From the NCBI GenBank assembly GCA_965644295.1, contig CBFFRP010000288.1, positions 1-64,000 on the forward strand: DNA of 64,000 nt, in the 5' to 3' direction. Below, piece by piece: positions 1 through 12,057 of the stretch; the stretch's first letter is position 1, and every line of letters starts with the position of its first letter. The notes beneath the pieces were generated by a model. That model ran no database searches. It saw only the letters and a list, made by a program, of their open reading frames with translations, and was not told the origin of the DNA. Source of the DNA: Paraphysomonas bandaiensis. Lineage: Eukaryota > Protista > Chrysophyceae. The translations under genes and the position numbers were made by a program.

Positions 1-74
1 CGAACATCTTAATATGAAATCTACTGTACTTCCCGGAATTCTGTGTTGCAGTGGCATAGCAAAGGTACATTGTT

Positions 75-623
75 ATGTTGCCTGTTGATATGTATGATTG
101 GAGTTGTAATGCTGTGCTTCAGTGCGTGAAGGACTGCTGCAATGCTATCCTGCAAGAATTGCTCTCCAGAGAAGAGAAAGTAATAACCGGGACAGCTCAC
201 ACAAGTGATAGGAGGCAGTATATGTCATATATACTATCCGCTGGTCCAGGTGAGATATATGACAAGTTCATTTTTCTTTCTAAACGTTTGTTATAAGTGA
301 CTGCATCATTATCGATACTTGCGATATTGTCCATACTTTACCATATTGCTACGGCCCAGATGAGTAGATTGGATGACCTTCACAACTCGTCCTCCCTTGT
401 TGGGGCCCTTGGAAGTGTATCTGCAATGATATCTTCTTTCAGCTCGTGTATACTTCAGCACGACAGTAATATAAAGGAAAACGCTGGCACTTTAGCCTCA
501 CAGTCGAAAAAGAGTCTCGATAAGTCTCTTATCCAATTAAACTCTGCTTTAACCTCGAAATCACTTTATAGACTAATAAATTCTGCGACAAAGAGTAATG
601 TCGAAGGGAATGTCTGTACCTGA
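75..623 (+). CDS. Probable spliced hypothetical gene in each array unit (other copies 2202-2750, 4329-4877, 6444-6992, 8571-9119, 10708-11256; truncated copy from 12823)
   Basis: The 73-aa and 108-aa ORFs are in the same frame. The TAA between them lies inside a candidate 48-nt intron at 250-297 (GTGAGA...TTTTTCTTTCTAAAC...TAAG). Copy-1-specific SNPs fall mostly at third codon positions. True start and end are uncertain. Confidence 0.45.
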
Positions 624-1013
624 TGCATAGTAGTATACCTACTCTTGTATACTTGTAGCCAGTGTTCTAATATAGAGAATATATATTGGTCATTGCTACT
701 TGTCCATGTATAATAAAGTATTGACTCCATTCACTACTTATGGTTATTTATACTGCTTTCTGCATGTCACTAGTATGCTACTACTTAGAAGTACGTAGTA
801 ATTTGTCTCCAGAGTAATCGTACATTTGAAATGTCGGCTCATGGTTGAGATACTTATTAGTCTAGGTAAGCGCATAATCAAATTCCAATGTTACAGTAAT
901 ACCACCATAGATATATCACACGCACACTCCTATGAGTTAATGGATATAAACTATCATAAAAATATCATAAATATCATAGCCTATTATAATTCAATAGACC
1001 ATCTGAAATGTCT

Positions 1014-1424
1014 TTAAACTTTAGACCATTTACCAGTCGTGGTTTCCTCGCTAAACTCACACTTTTCGATAATAGTTTCAACGGCTGCAACCCCCAAAGC
1101 CGTTATTGCGTTCACTGTAAAACATGTCGCAAATTTTGCTTTGAAAGTTGACCAAGCCACAGCCGGAGTATCAAACCACATCTCGACTGTACATTCACTA
1201 CCGGCGAATAGAGCGGCATTTCGGACGTAGTTTTTCACCATTTCTTTCGAAAGGTGAGGAATATCTGGATATCTGAATAGTATTCGCATATACTTGGATC
1301 GTATGTATGTTTCTGGCATATGAGTTTTAATCTTTTTCCCGAATACTTTTCCCACTGTCCTCAGCTCCATACAGATCTTAGTATCTGGCTCTCTATGAAG
1401 AGCTGCAATCTCAACTGTGTTCAT
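1014..1424 (-). CDS. 136-aa protein, putative retrotransposon Gag capsid-NTD-like (copy 1)
   Basis: ATG-initiated ORF with an identical translation in all six copies. The pattern EMWFDTPAVAWSTFKAKFATCF resembles the Retrotrans_gag W-x(n)-W-x2-F-x3-F-x3-F signature. Confidence 0.65.
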   Translation of the reverse strand: MNTVEIAALHREPDTKICMELRTVGKVFGKKIKTHMPETYIRSKYMRILFRYPDIPHLSKEMVKNYVRNAALFAGSECTVEMWFDTPAVAWSTFKAKFATCFTVNAITALGVAAVETIIEKCEFSEETTTGKWSKV

Positions 1425-3140
1425 GTTTGGTAAGATGAGTTATTGCGTAGTAAGAAATGTGTGAGGTATGTATAGGTGTATGTATAGGTGTATGTGTCTG
1501 TTAGTAGCTGAATTGTGAGTTGATGCTGATACTCCCACAGATTGAATCCGATATCTGGATAATCAAACACTTTCCTGCACTCTTCTTCATTCATGACAAA
1601 TGAAAACATACAGAAACAGTGTGGTAGCTTTTCATTGGCTGATGATAATATTGCCATATAGTTGTCTAATTTCCAGATTTTTATACATAGCAATCATCAA
1701 AATGTGACATTTCAGTGCTTCTATCCACAATACAGAGTACAGAGATATACTGTACAATAGAGGGACAATAGATGGGGGTGCATTGTGTGGAAAGGCTCCA
1801 TCTCAATGCCTATAGACACCATCGCACAGTCATGTGCGTTACTGTCTTCAAGTTAACAGCTAAAGAGAGAATACACACACTCTACATACATACATGGACA
1901 AGATATGTACCTCTAAGACAAAGAGCGATGACTAAGAGCTTGACATGTCTGCACTGTAGTGAGTGTGTGTATCTCTGAATATGTACAGTACAAACCGCCC
2001 AATCCATATATAACCACACAATACTGAACACTGTATATAGTCAGCCGTACAGTATATAGTCAGCACCATAGCGGCCCCTCAATTGTTGAATACGTATGAA
2101 CGACAATCGTATGATCCACTTTTTGGACGAACATCTTAATATGAAATCTACTGTACTTCCCGGAATTCTGTGTTGCAGTGGCATAGCAAAGGTACATTGC
2201 TATGTTGCCTGTTGATATGTATGATTGGAGTTGTAATGCTGTGGTTCAGTGCGTGAAGGACTGCTGTAATGCTATCCTGCAAGAATTGCTATCCAGAGAA
2301 GAGAAAGTAATAACCGGGACGGCTCACACAAGTGATAGGAGGCAGTATATGTCATATATACTATCCGCTGGTCCAGGTGAGATATATGACAAGTTCATTT
2401 TTCTTTCTAAACGTTTGTTATAAGTGACTGCATCATTATCGATACTTGCGATATTGTCCATACTTTACCATATTGCTACGGCCCACATGAGTAGATTGGA
2501 TGACCTTCACAACTCGTCCTCCCTTGTTGGGGCCCTTGGAAGCGTGTCTGCAATGATATTTTCTTTCAGCTCGTGTATACTTCAGCACGACAGTAATATA
2601 AAGGAAAACGCTGGCACTTTAGCCTCACAGTCGAAAAAGGGTCTCGATAAGTCTCTTATCCAATTAAACTCTGCTTTAACCTCGAAATCACTTTATAGAC
2701 TAATAAATTCTGCGACAAAGAGTAATGTCGAAGGGAATGTCTGTACCTGATGCATAGTAGTATACCTACTCTTGTATACTTGTAGCCAGTGTTCTAATAT
2801 AGAGAATATATATTGGTCATTGCTACTTGTCCATGTATAATAAAGTATTGACTCCATTCACTACTTATGGTTATTTATACTGCTTTCTGCATGTCACTAG
2901 TATGCTACTACTTAGAAGTACGTAGTAATTTGTCTCCAGAGTAATCGTACATTTGAAATGTCGGCTCATGGTTGAGATACTTATTAGTCTAGGTAAGCGC
3001 ATAATCAAATTCCAATGTTACAGTAATACCACCATAGATATATCACACGCACACTCCTATGAGTTAATGGATATAAACTATCATAAAAATATCATAAATA
3101 TCATAGCCTATTATAATTCAATAGACCATCTGAAATGTCT

Positions 3141-3551
3141 TTAAACTTTAGACCATTTACCAGTCGTGGTTTCCTCGCTAAACTCACACTTTTCGATAAT
3201 AGTTTCAACGGCTGCAACCCCCAAAGCCGTTATTGCGTTCACTGTAAAACATGTCGCAAATTTTGCTTTGAAAGTTGACCAAGCCACAGCCGGAGTATCA
3301 AACCACATCTCGACTGTACATTCACTACCGGCGAATAGAGCGGCATTTCGGACGTAGTTTTTCACCATTTCTTTCGAAAGGTGAGGAATATCTGGATATC
3401 TGAATAGTATTCGCATATACTTGGATCGTATGTATGTTTCTGGCATATGAGTTTTAATCTTTTTCCCGAATACTTTTCCCACTGTCCTCAGCTCCATACA
3501 GATCTTAGTATCTGGCTCTCTATGAAGAGCTGCAATCTCAACTGTGTTCAT
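3141..3551 (-). CDS. 136-aa Gag-like protein (copy 2)
   Basis: Translation identical to copy 1. Confidence 0.65.
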   Translation of the reverse strand: MNTVEIAALHREPDTKICMELRTVGKVFGKKIKTHMPETYIRSKYMRILFRYPDIPHLSKEMVKNYVRNAALFAGSECTVEMWFDTPAVAWSTFKAKFATCFTVNAITALGVAAVETIIEKCEFSEETTTGKWSKV

Positions 3552-5267
3552 GTTTGGTAAGATGAGTTATTGCGTAGTAAGAAATGTGTGAGGTATGTAT
3601 AGGTGTGTGTATAGGTGTATGTGTCTGTTAGTAGCTGAATTGTGAGTTGATGCTGATACTCCCACAGATTGAATCCGATATCTGGATAATCAAACACATT
3701 CCTGCACTCTTCTTCATTCATGACAAATGAAAACATACAGAAACAGTGTGGTAGCTTTTCATTGGCTGATGATAATATTGCCATATAGTTGTCTAATTTC
3801 CAGATTTTTATACATAGCAATCATCAAAATGTGACATTTCAGTGCTTCTATCCACAATACAGAGTACAGAGATATACTGTACAATAGAGGGACAATAGAT
3901 GGGGGTGCATTGTGTGGAAAGGCTCCATCTCAATGCCTATAGACACCATCGCACAGTCATGTGCGTTACTGTCTTCAAGTTAACAGCTAAAGAGAGAATA
4001 CACACACTCTACATACATACATGGACAAGATATGTACCTCTAAGACAAAGAGCGATGACTAAGAGCTTGACATGTCTGCACTGTAGTGAGTGTGTGTATC
4101 TCTGAATATGTACAGTACAAACCGCCCAATCCATATATAACCACACAATACTGAACACTGTATATAGTCAGCCGTACAGTATATAGTCAGCACCATAGCG
4201 GCCCCTCAATTGTTGAATACGTATGAACGACAATCGTATGATCCACTTTTTGGACGAACATCTTAATATGAAATCTACTGTACTTCCCGGAATTCTGTGT
4301 TGCAGTGGCATAGCAAAGGTACATTGCTATGTTGCCTGTTGATATGTATGATTGGAGTTGTAATGCTGTGGTTCAGTGCGTGAAGGACTGCTGTAATGCT
4401 ATCCTGCAAGAATTGCTATCCAGAGAAGAGAAAGTAATAACCGGGACGGCTCACACAAGTGATAGGAGGCAGTATATGTCATATATACTATCCGCTGGTC
4501 CAGGTGAGATATATGACAAGTTCATTTTTCTTTCTAAACGTTTGTTATAAGTGACTGCATCATTATCGATACTTGCGATATTGTCCATACTTTACCATAT
4601 TGCTACGGCCCACATGAGTAGATTGGATGACCTTCACAACTCGTCCTCCCTTGTTGGGGCCCTTGGAAGCGTGTCTGCAATGATATCTTCTTTCAGCTCG
4701 TGTATACTTCAGCACGACAGTAATATAAAGGAAAACGCTGGCACTTTAGCCTCACAGTCGAAAAAGAGTCTCGATAAGTCTCTTATCCAATTAAACTCTG
4801 CTTTAACCTCGAAATCACTTTATAGACTAATAAATTCTGCGACAAAGAGTAATGTCGAAGGGAATGTCTGTACCTGATGCATAGTAGTATACCTACTCTT
4901 GTATACTTGTAGCCAGTGTTCTAATATAGAGAATATATATTGGTCATTGCTACTTGTCCATGTATAATAAAGTATTGACTCCATTCACTACTTATGGTTA
5001 TTTATACTGCTTTCTGCATGTCACTAGTATGCTACTACTTAGAAGTACGTAGTAATTTGTCTCCAGAGTAATCGTACATTTGAAATGTCGGCTCATGGTT
5101 GAGATACTTATTAGTCTAGGTAAGCGCATAATCAAATTCCAATGTTACAGTAATACCACCATAGATATATCACACGCACACTCCTATGAGTTAATGGATA
5201 TAAACTATCATAAAAATATCATAAATATCATAGCCTATTATAATTCAATAGACCATCTGAAATGTCT

Positions 5268-5678
5268 TTAAACTTTAGACCATTTACCAGTCGTGGTTTC
5301 CTCGCTAAACTCACACTTTTCGATAATAGTTTCAACGGCTGCAACCCCCAAAGCCGTTATTGCGTTCACTGTAAAACATGTCGCAAATTTTGCTTTGAAA
5401 GTTGACCAAGCCACAGCCGGAGTATCAAACCACATCTCGACTGTACATTCACTACCGGCGAATAGAGCGGCATTTCGGACGTAGTTTTTCACCATTTCTT
5501 TCGAAAGGTGAGGAATATCTGGATATCTGAATAGTATTCGCATATACTTGGATCGTATGTATGTTTCTGGCATATGAGTTTTAATCTTTTTCCCGAATAC
5601 TTTTCCCACTGTCCTCAGCTCCATACAGATCTTAGTATCTGGCTCTCTATGAAGAGCTGCAATCTCAACTGTGTTCAT
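5268..5678 (-). CDS. 136-aa Gag-like protein (copy 3)
   Basis: Translation identical to copy 1. Confidence 0.65.
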   Translation of the reverse strand: MNTVEIAALHREPDTKICMELRTVGKVFGKKIKTHMPETYIRSKYMRILFRYPDIPHLSKEMVKNYVRNAALFAGSECTVEMWFDTPAVAWSTFKAKFATCFTVNAITALGVAAVETIIEKCEFSEETTTGKWSKV

Positions 5679-7382
5679 GTTTGGTAAGATGAGTTATTGC
5701 GTAGTAAGAAATGTGTGAGGTATGTATAGGTGTATGTGTCTGTTAGTAGCTGAATTGTGAGTTGATGCTGATACTCCCACAGATTGAATCCGATATCTGG
5801 ATAATCAAACACTTTCCTGCACTCTTCTTCATTCATGACAAATGAAAACATACAGAAACAGTGTGGTAGCTTTTCATTGGCTGATGATAATATTGCCATA
5901 TAGTTGTCTAATTTCCAGATTTTTATACATAGCAATCATCAAAATGTGACATTTCAGTGCTTCTATCCACAATACAGAGTACAGAGATATACTGTACAAT
6001 AGAGGGACAATAGATGGGGGTGCATTGTGTGGAAAGGCTCCATCTCAATGCCTATAGACACCATCGCACAGTCATGTGCGTTACTGTCTTCAAGTTAACA
6101 GCTAAAGAGAGAATACACACACTCTACATACATACATGGACAAGATATGTACCTCTAAGACAAAGAGCGATGACTAAGAGCTTGACATGTCTGCACTGTA
6201 GTGAGTGTGTGTATCTCTGAATATGTACAGTACAAACCGCCCAATCCATATATAACCACACAATACTGAACACTGTATATAGTCAGCCGTACAGTATATA
6301 GTCAGCACCATAGCGGCCCCTCAATTGTTGAATACGTATGAACGACAATCGTATGATCCACTTTTTGGACGAACATCTTAATATGAAATCTACTGTACTT
6401 CCCGGAATTCTGTGTTGCAGTGGCATAGCAAAGGTACATTGCTATGTTGCCTGTTGATATGTATGATTGGAGTTGTAATGCTGTGGTTCAGTGCGTGAAG
6501 GACTGCTGTAATGCTATCCTGCAAGAATTGCTATCCAGAGAAGAGAAAGTAATAACCGGGACGGCTCACACAAGTGATAGGAGGCAGTATATGTCATATA
6601 TACTATCCGCTGGTCCAGGTGAGATATATGACAAGTTCATTTTTCTTTCTAAACGTTTGTTATAAGTGACTGCATCATTATCGATACTTGCGATATTGTC
6701 CATACTTTACCATATTGCTACGGCCCACATGAGTAGATTGGATGACCTTCACAACTCGTCCTCCCTTGTTGGGGCCCTTGGAAGCGTGTCTGCAATGATA
6801 TTTTCTTTCAGCTCGTGTATACTTCAGCACGACAGTAATATAAAGGAAAACGCTGGCACTTTAGCCTCACAGTCGAAAAAGGGTCTCGATAAGTCTCTTA
6901 TCCAATTAAACTCTGCTTTAACCTCGAAATCACTTTATAGACTAATAAATTCTGCGACAAAGAGTAATGTCGAAGGGAATGTCTGTACCTGATGCATAGT
7001 AGTATACCTACTCTTGTATACTTGTAGCCAGTGTTCTAATATAGAGAATATATATTGGTCATTGCTACTTGTCCATGTATAATAAAGTATTGACTCCATT
7101 CACTACTTATGGTTATTTATACTGCTTTCTGCATGTCACTAGTATGCTACTACTTAGAAGTACGTAGTAATTTGTCTCCAGAGTAATCGTACATTTGAAA
7201 TGTCGGCTCATGGTTGAGATACTTATTAGTCTAGGTAAGCGCATAATCAAATTCCAATGTTACAGTAATACCACCATAGATATATCACACGCACACTCCT
7301 ATGAGTTAATGGATATAAACTATCATAAAAATATCATAAATATCATAGCCTATTATAATTCAATAGACCATCTGAAATGTCT

Positions 7383-7793
7383 TTAAACTTTAGACCATTT
7401 ACCAGTCGTGGTTTCCTCGCTAAACTCACACTTTTCGATAATAGTTTCAACGGCTGCAACCCCCAAAGCCGTTATTGCGTTCACTGTAAAACATGTCGCA
7501 AATTTTGCTTTGAAAGTTGACCAAGCCACAGCCGGAGTATCAAACCACATCTCGACTGTACATTCACTACCGGCGAATAGAGCGGCATTTCGGACGTAGT
7601 TTTTCACCATTTCTTTCGAAAGGTGAGGAATATCTGGATATCTGAATAGTATTCGCATATACTTGGATCGTATGTATGTTTCTGGCATATGAGTTTTAAT
7701 CTTTTTCCCGAATACTTTTCCCACTGTCCTCAGCTCCATACAGATCTTAGTATCTGGCTCTCTATGAAGAGCTGCAATCTCAACTGTGTTCAT
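7383..7793 (-). CDS. 136-aa Gag-like protein (copy 4)
   Basis: Translation identical to copy 1. Confidence 0.65.
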   Translation of the reverse strand: MNTVEIAALHREPDTKICMELRTVGKVFGKKIKTHMPETYIRSKYMRILFRYPDIPHLSKEMVKNYVRNAALFAGSECTVEMWFDTPAVAWSTFKAKFATCFTVNAITALGVAAVETIIEKCEFSEETTTGKWSKV

Positions 7794-9509
7794 GTTTGGT
7801 AAGATGAGTTATTGCGTAGTAAGAAATGTGTGAGGTATGTATAGGTGTATGTGTAGGTGTATGTGTCTGTTAGTAGCTGAATTGTGAGTTGATGCTGATA
7901 CTCCCACAGATTGAATCCGATATCTGGATAATCAAACACATTCCTGCACTCTTCTTCATTCATGACAAATGAAAACATACAGAAACAGTGTGGTAGCTTT
8001 TCATTGGCTGATGATAATATTGCCATATAGTTGTCTAATTTCCAGATTTTTATACATAGCAATCATCAAAATGTGACATTTCAGTGCTTCTATCCACAAT
8101 ACAGAGTACAGAGATATACTGTACAATAGAGGGACAATAGATGGGGGTGCATTGTGTGGAAAGGCTCCATCTCAATGCCTATAGACACCATCGCACAGTC
8201 ATGTGCGTTACTGTCTTCAAGTTAACAGCTAAAGAGAGAATACACACACTCTACATACATACATGGACAAGATATGTACCTCTAAGACAAAGAGCGATGG
8301 CTAAGAGCTTGACATGTCTGCACTGTAGTGAGTGTGTGTATCTCTGAATATGTACAGTACAAACCGCCCAATCCATATATAACCACACAATACTGAACAC
8401 TGTATATAGTCAGCCGTACAGTATATAGTCAGCACCATAGCGGCCCCTCAATTGTTGAATACGTATGAACGACAATCGTATGATCCACTTTTTGGACGAA
8501 CATCTTAATATGAAATCTACTGTACTTCCCGGAATTCTGTGTTGCAGTGGCATAGCAAAGGTACATTGCTATGTTGCCTGTTGATATGTATGATTGGAGT
8601 TGTAATGCTGTGGTTCAGTGCGTGAAGGACTGCTGTAATGCTATCCTGCAAGAATTGCTATCCAGAGAAGAGAAAGTAATAACCGGGACGGCTCACACAA
8701 GTGATAGGAGGCAGTATATGTCATATATACTATCCGCTGGTCCAGGTGAGATATATGACAAGTTCATTTTTCTTTCTAAACGTTTGTTATAAGTGACTGC
8801 ATCATTATCGATACTTGCGATATTGTCCATACTTTACCATATTGCTACGGCCCACATGAGTAGATTGGATGACCTTCACAACTCGTCCTCCCTTGTTGGG
8901 GCCCTTGGAAGCGTGTCTGCAATGATATCTTCTTTCAGCTCGTGTATACTTCAGCACGACAGTAATATAAAGGAAAACGCTGGCACTTTAGCCTCACAGT
9001 CGAAAAAGGGTCTCGATAAGTCTCTTATCCAATTAAACTCTGCTTTAACCTCGAAATCACTTTATAGACTAATAAATTCTGCGACAAAGAGTAATGTCGA
9101 AGGGAATGTCTGTACCTGATGCATAGTAGTATACCTACTCTTGTATACTTGTAGCCAGTGTTCTAATATAGAGAATATATATTGGTCATTGCTACTTGTC
9201 CATGTATAATAAAGTATTGACTCCATTCACTACTTATGGTTATTTATACTGCTTTCTGCATGTCACTAGTATGCTACTACTTAGAAGTACGTAGTAATTT
9301 GTCTCCAGAGTAATCGTACATTTGAAATGTCGGCTCATGGTTGAGATACTTATTAGTCTAGGTAAGCGCATAATCAAATTCCAATGTTACAGTAATACCA
9401 CCATAGATATATCACACGCACACTCCTATGAGTTAATGGATATAAACTATCATAAAAATATCATAAATATCATAGCCTATTATAATTCAATAGACCATCT
9501 GAAATGTCT

Positions 9510-9920
9510 TTAAACTTTAGACCATTTACCAGTCGTGGTTTCCTCGCTAAACTCACACTTTTCGATAATAGTTTCAACGGCTGCAACCCCCAAAGCCGTT
9601 ATTGCGTTCACTGTAAAACATGTCGCAAATTTTGCTTTGAAAGTTGACCAAGCCACAGCCGGAGTATCAAACCACATCTCGACTGTACATTCACTACCGG
9701 CGAATAGAGCGGCATTTCGGACGTAGTTTTTCACCATTTCTTTCGAAAGGTGAGGAATATCTGGATATCTGAATAGTATTCGCATATACTTGGATCGTAT
9801 GTATGTTTCTGGCATATGAGTTTTAATCTTTTTCCCGAATACTTTTCCCACTGTCCTCAGCTCCATACAGATCTTAGTATCTGGCTCTCTATGAAGAGCT
9901 GCAATCTCAACTGTGTTCAT
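9510..9920 (-). CDS. 136-aa Gag-like protein (copy 5)
   Basis: Translation identical to copy 1. Confidence 0.65.
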   Translation of the reverse strand: MNTVEIAALHREPDTKICMELRTVGKVFGKKIKTHMPETYIRSKYMRILFRYPDIPHLSKEMVKNYVRNAALFAGSECTVEMWFDTPAVAWSTFKAKFATCFTVNAITALGVAAVETIIEKCEFSEETTTGKWSKV

Positions 9921-11646
9921 GTTTGGTAAGATGAGTTATTGCGTAGTAAGAAATGTGTGAGGTATGTATAGGTGTGTGTATAGGTGTGTGTAGGTGTATG
10001 TGTCTGTTAGTAGCTGAATTGTGAGTTGATGCTGATACTCCCACAGATTGAATCCGATATCTGGATAATCAAACACATTCCTGCACTCTTCTTCATTCAT
10101 GACAAATGAAAACATACAGAAACAGTGTGGTAGCTTTTCATTGGCTGATGATAATATTGCCATATAGTTGTCTAATTTCCAGATTTTTATACATAGCAAT
10201 CATCAAAATGTGACATTTCAGTGCTTCTATCCACAATACAGAGTACAGAGATATACTGTACAATAGAGGGACAATAGATGGGGGTGCATTGTGTGGAAAG
10301 GCTCCATCTCAATGCCTATAGACACCATCGCACAGTCATGTGCGTTACTGTCTTCAAGTTAACAGCTAAAGAGAGAATACACACACTCTACATACATACA
10401 TGGACAAGATATGTACCTCTAAGACAAAGAGCGATGGCTAAGAGCTTGACATGTCTGCACTGTAGTGAGTGTGTGTATCTCTGAATATGTACAGTACAAA
10501 CCGCCCAATCCATATATAACCACACAATACTGAACACTGTATATAGTCAGCCGTACAGTATATAGTCAGCACCATAGCGGCCCCTCAATTGTTGAATACG
10601 TATGAACGACAATCGTATGATCCACTTTTTGGACGAACATCTTAATATGAAATCTACTGTACTTCCCGGAATTCTGTGTTGCAGTGGCATAGCAAAGGTA
10701 CATTGCTATGTTGCCTGTTGATATGTATGATTGGAGTTGTAATGCTGTGGTTCAGTGCGTGAAGGACTGCTGTAATGCTATCCTGCAAGAATTGCTATCC
10801 AGAGAAGAGAAAGTAATAACCGGGACGGCTCACACAAGTGATAGGAGGCAGTATATGTCATATATACTATCCGCTGGTCCAGGTGAGATATATGACAAGT
10901 TCATTTTTCTTTCTAAACGTTTGTTATAAGTGACTGCATCATTATCGATACTTGCGATATTGTCCATACTTTACCATATTGCTACGGCCCACATGAGTAG
11001 ATTGGATGACCTTCACAACTCGTCCTCCCTTGTTGGGGCCCTTGGAAGCGTGTCTGCAATGATATCTTCTTTCAGCTCGTGTATACTTCAGCACGACAGT
11101 AATATAAAGGAAAACGCTGGCACTTTAGCCTCACAGTCGAAAAAGAGTCTCGATAAGTCTCTTATCCAATTAAACTCTGCTTTAACCTCGAAATCACTTT
11201 ATAGACTAATAAATTCTGCGACAAAGAGTAATGTCGAAGGGAATGTCTGTACCTGATGCATAGTAGTATACCTACTCTTGTATACTTGTAGCCAGTGTTC
11301 TAATATAGAGAATATATATTGGTCATTGCTACTTGTCCATGTATAATAAAGTATTGACTCCATTCACTACTTATGGTTATTTATACTGCTTTCTGCATGT
11401 CACTAGTATGCTACTACTTAGAAGTACGTAGTAATTTGTCTCCAGAGTAATCGTACATTTGAAATGTCGGCTCATGGTTGAGATACTTATTAGTCTAGGT
11501 AAGCGCATAATCAAATTCCAATGTTACAGTAATACCACCATAGATATATCACACACACACTCCTATGAGTTAATGGATATAAACTATCATAAAAATATCA
11601 TAAATATCATAGCCTATTATAATTCAATAGACCATCTGAAATGTCT

Positions 11647-12057
11647 TTAAACTTTAGACCATTTACCAGTCGTGGTTTCCTCGCTAAACTCACACTTTTC
11701 GATAATAGTTTCAACGGCTGCAACCCCCAAAGCCGTTATTGCGTTCACTGTAAAACATGTCGCAAATTTTGCTTTGAAAGTTGACCAAGCCACAGCCGGA
11801 GTATCAAACCACATCTCGACTGTACATTCACTACCGGCGAATAGAGCGGCATTTCGGACGTAGTTTTTCACCATTTCTTTCGAAAGGTGAGGAATATCTG
11901 GATATCTGAATAGTATTCGCATATACTTGGATCGTATGTATGTTTCTGGCATATGAGTTTTAATCTTTTTCCCGAATACTTTTCCCACTGTCCTCAGCTC
12001 CATACAGATCTTAGTATCTGGCTCTCTATGAAGAGCTGCAATCTCAACTGTGTTCAT
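11647..12057 (-). CDS. 136-aa Gag-like protein (copy 6)
   Basis: Translation identical to copy 1. Confidence 0.65.
   Translation of the reverse strand: MNTVEIAALHREPDTKICMELRTVGKVFGKKIKTHMPETYIRSKYMRILFRYPDIPHLSKEMVKNYVRNAALFAGSECTVEMWFDTPAVAWSTFKAKFATCFTVNAITALGVAAVETIIEKCEFSEETTTGKWSKV

Noticed and set aside
1-730. Long minus-strand frame in the array unit read with TGA=Trp (mitovirus or alternative-code idea)
   Set aside because: It also contains TAA stops and no RdRp or Rep motifs; it is best explained as the shadow of the plus-strand frame
1260-1340. IKTHMP...RYPD as a sulfotransferase motif
   Set aside because: No PAPS-binding loop and the protein is too short; the Gag-like pattern explains more residues
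1-2127. Array as an rDNA/5S/snRNA/tRNA cluster or an integrated CRESS-virus concatemer
   Set aside because: No recognisable RNA-gene consensus (the ACAGAGA near 1740 lacks U6 context) and no HUH or Walker motifs
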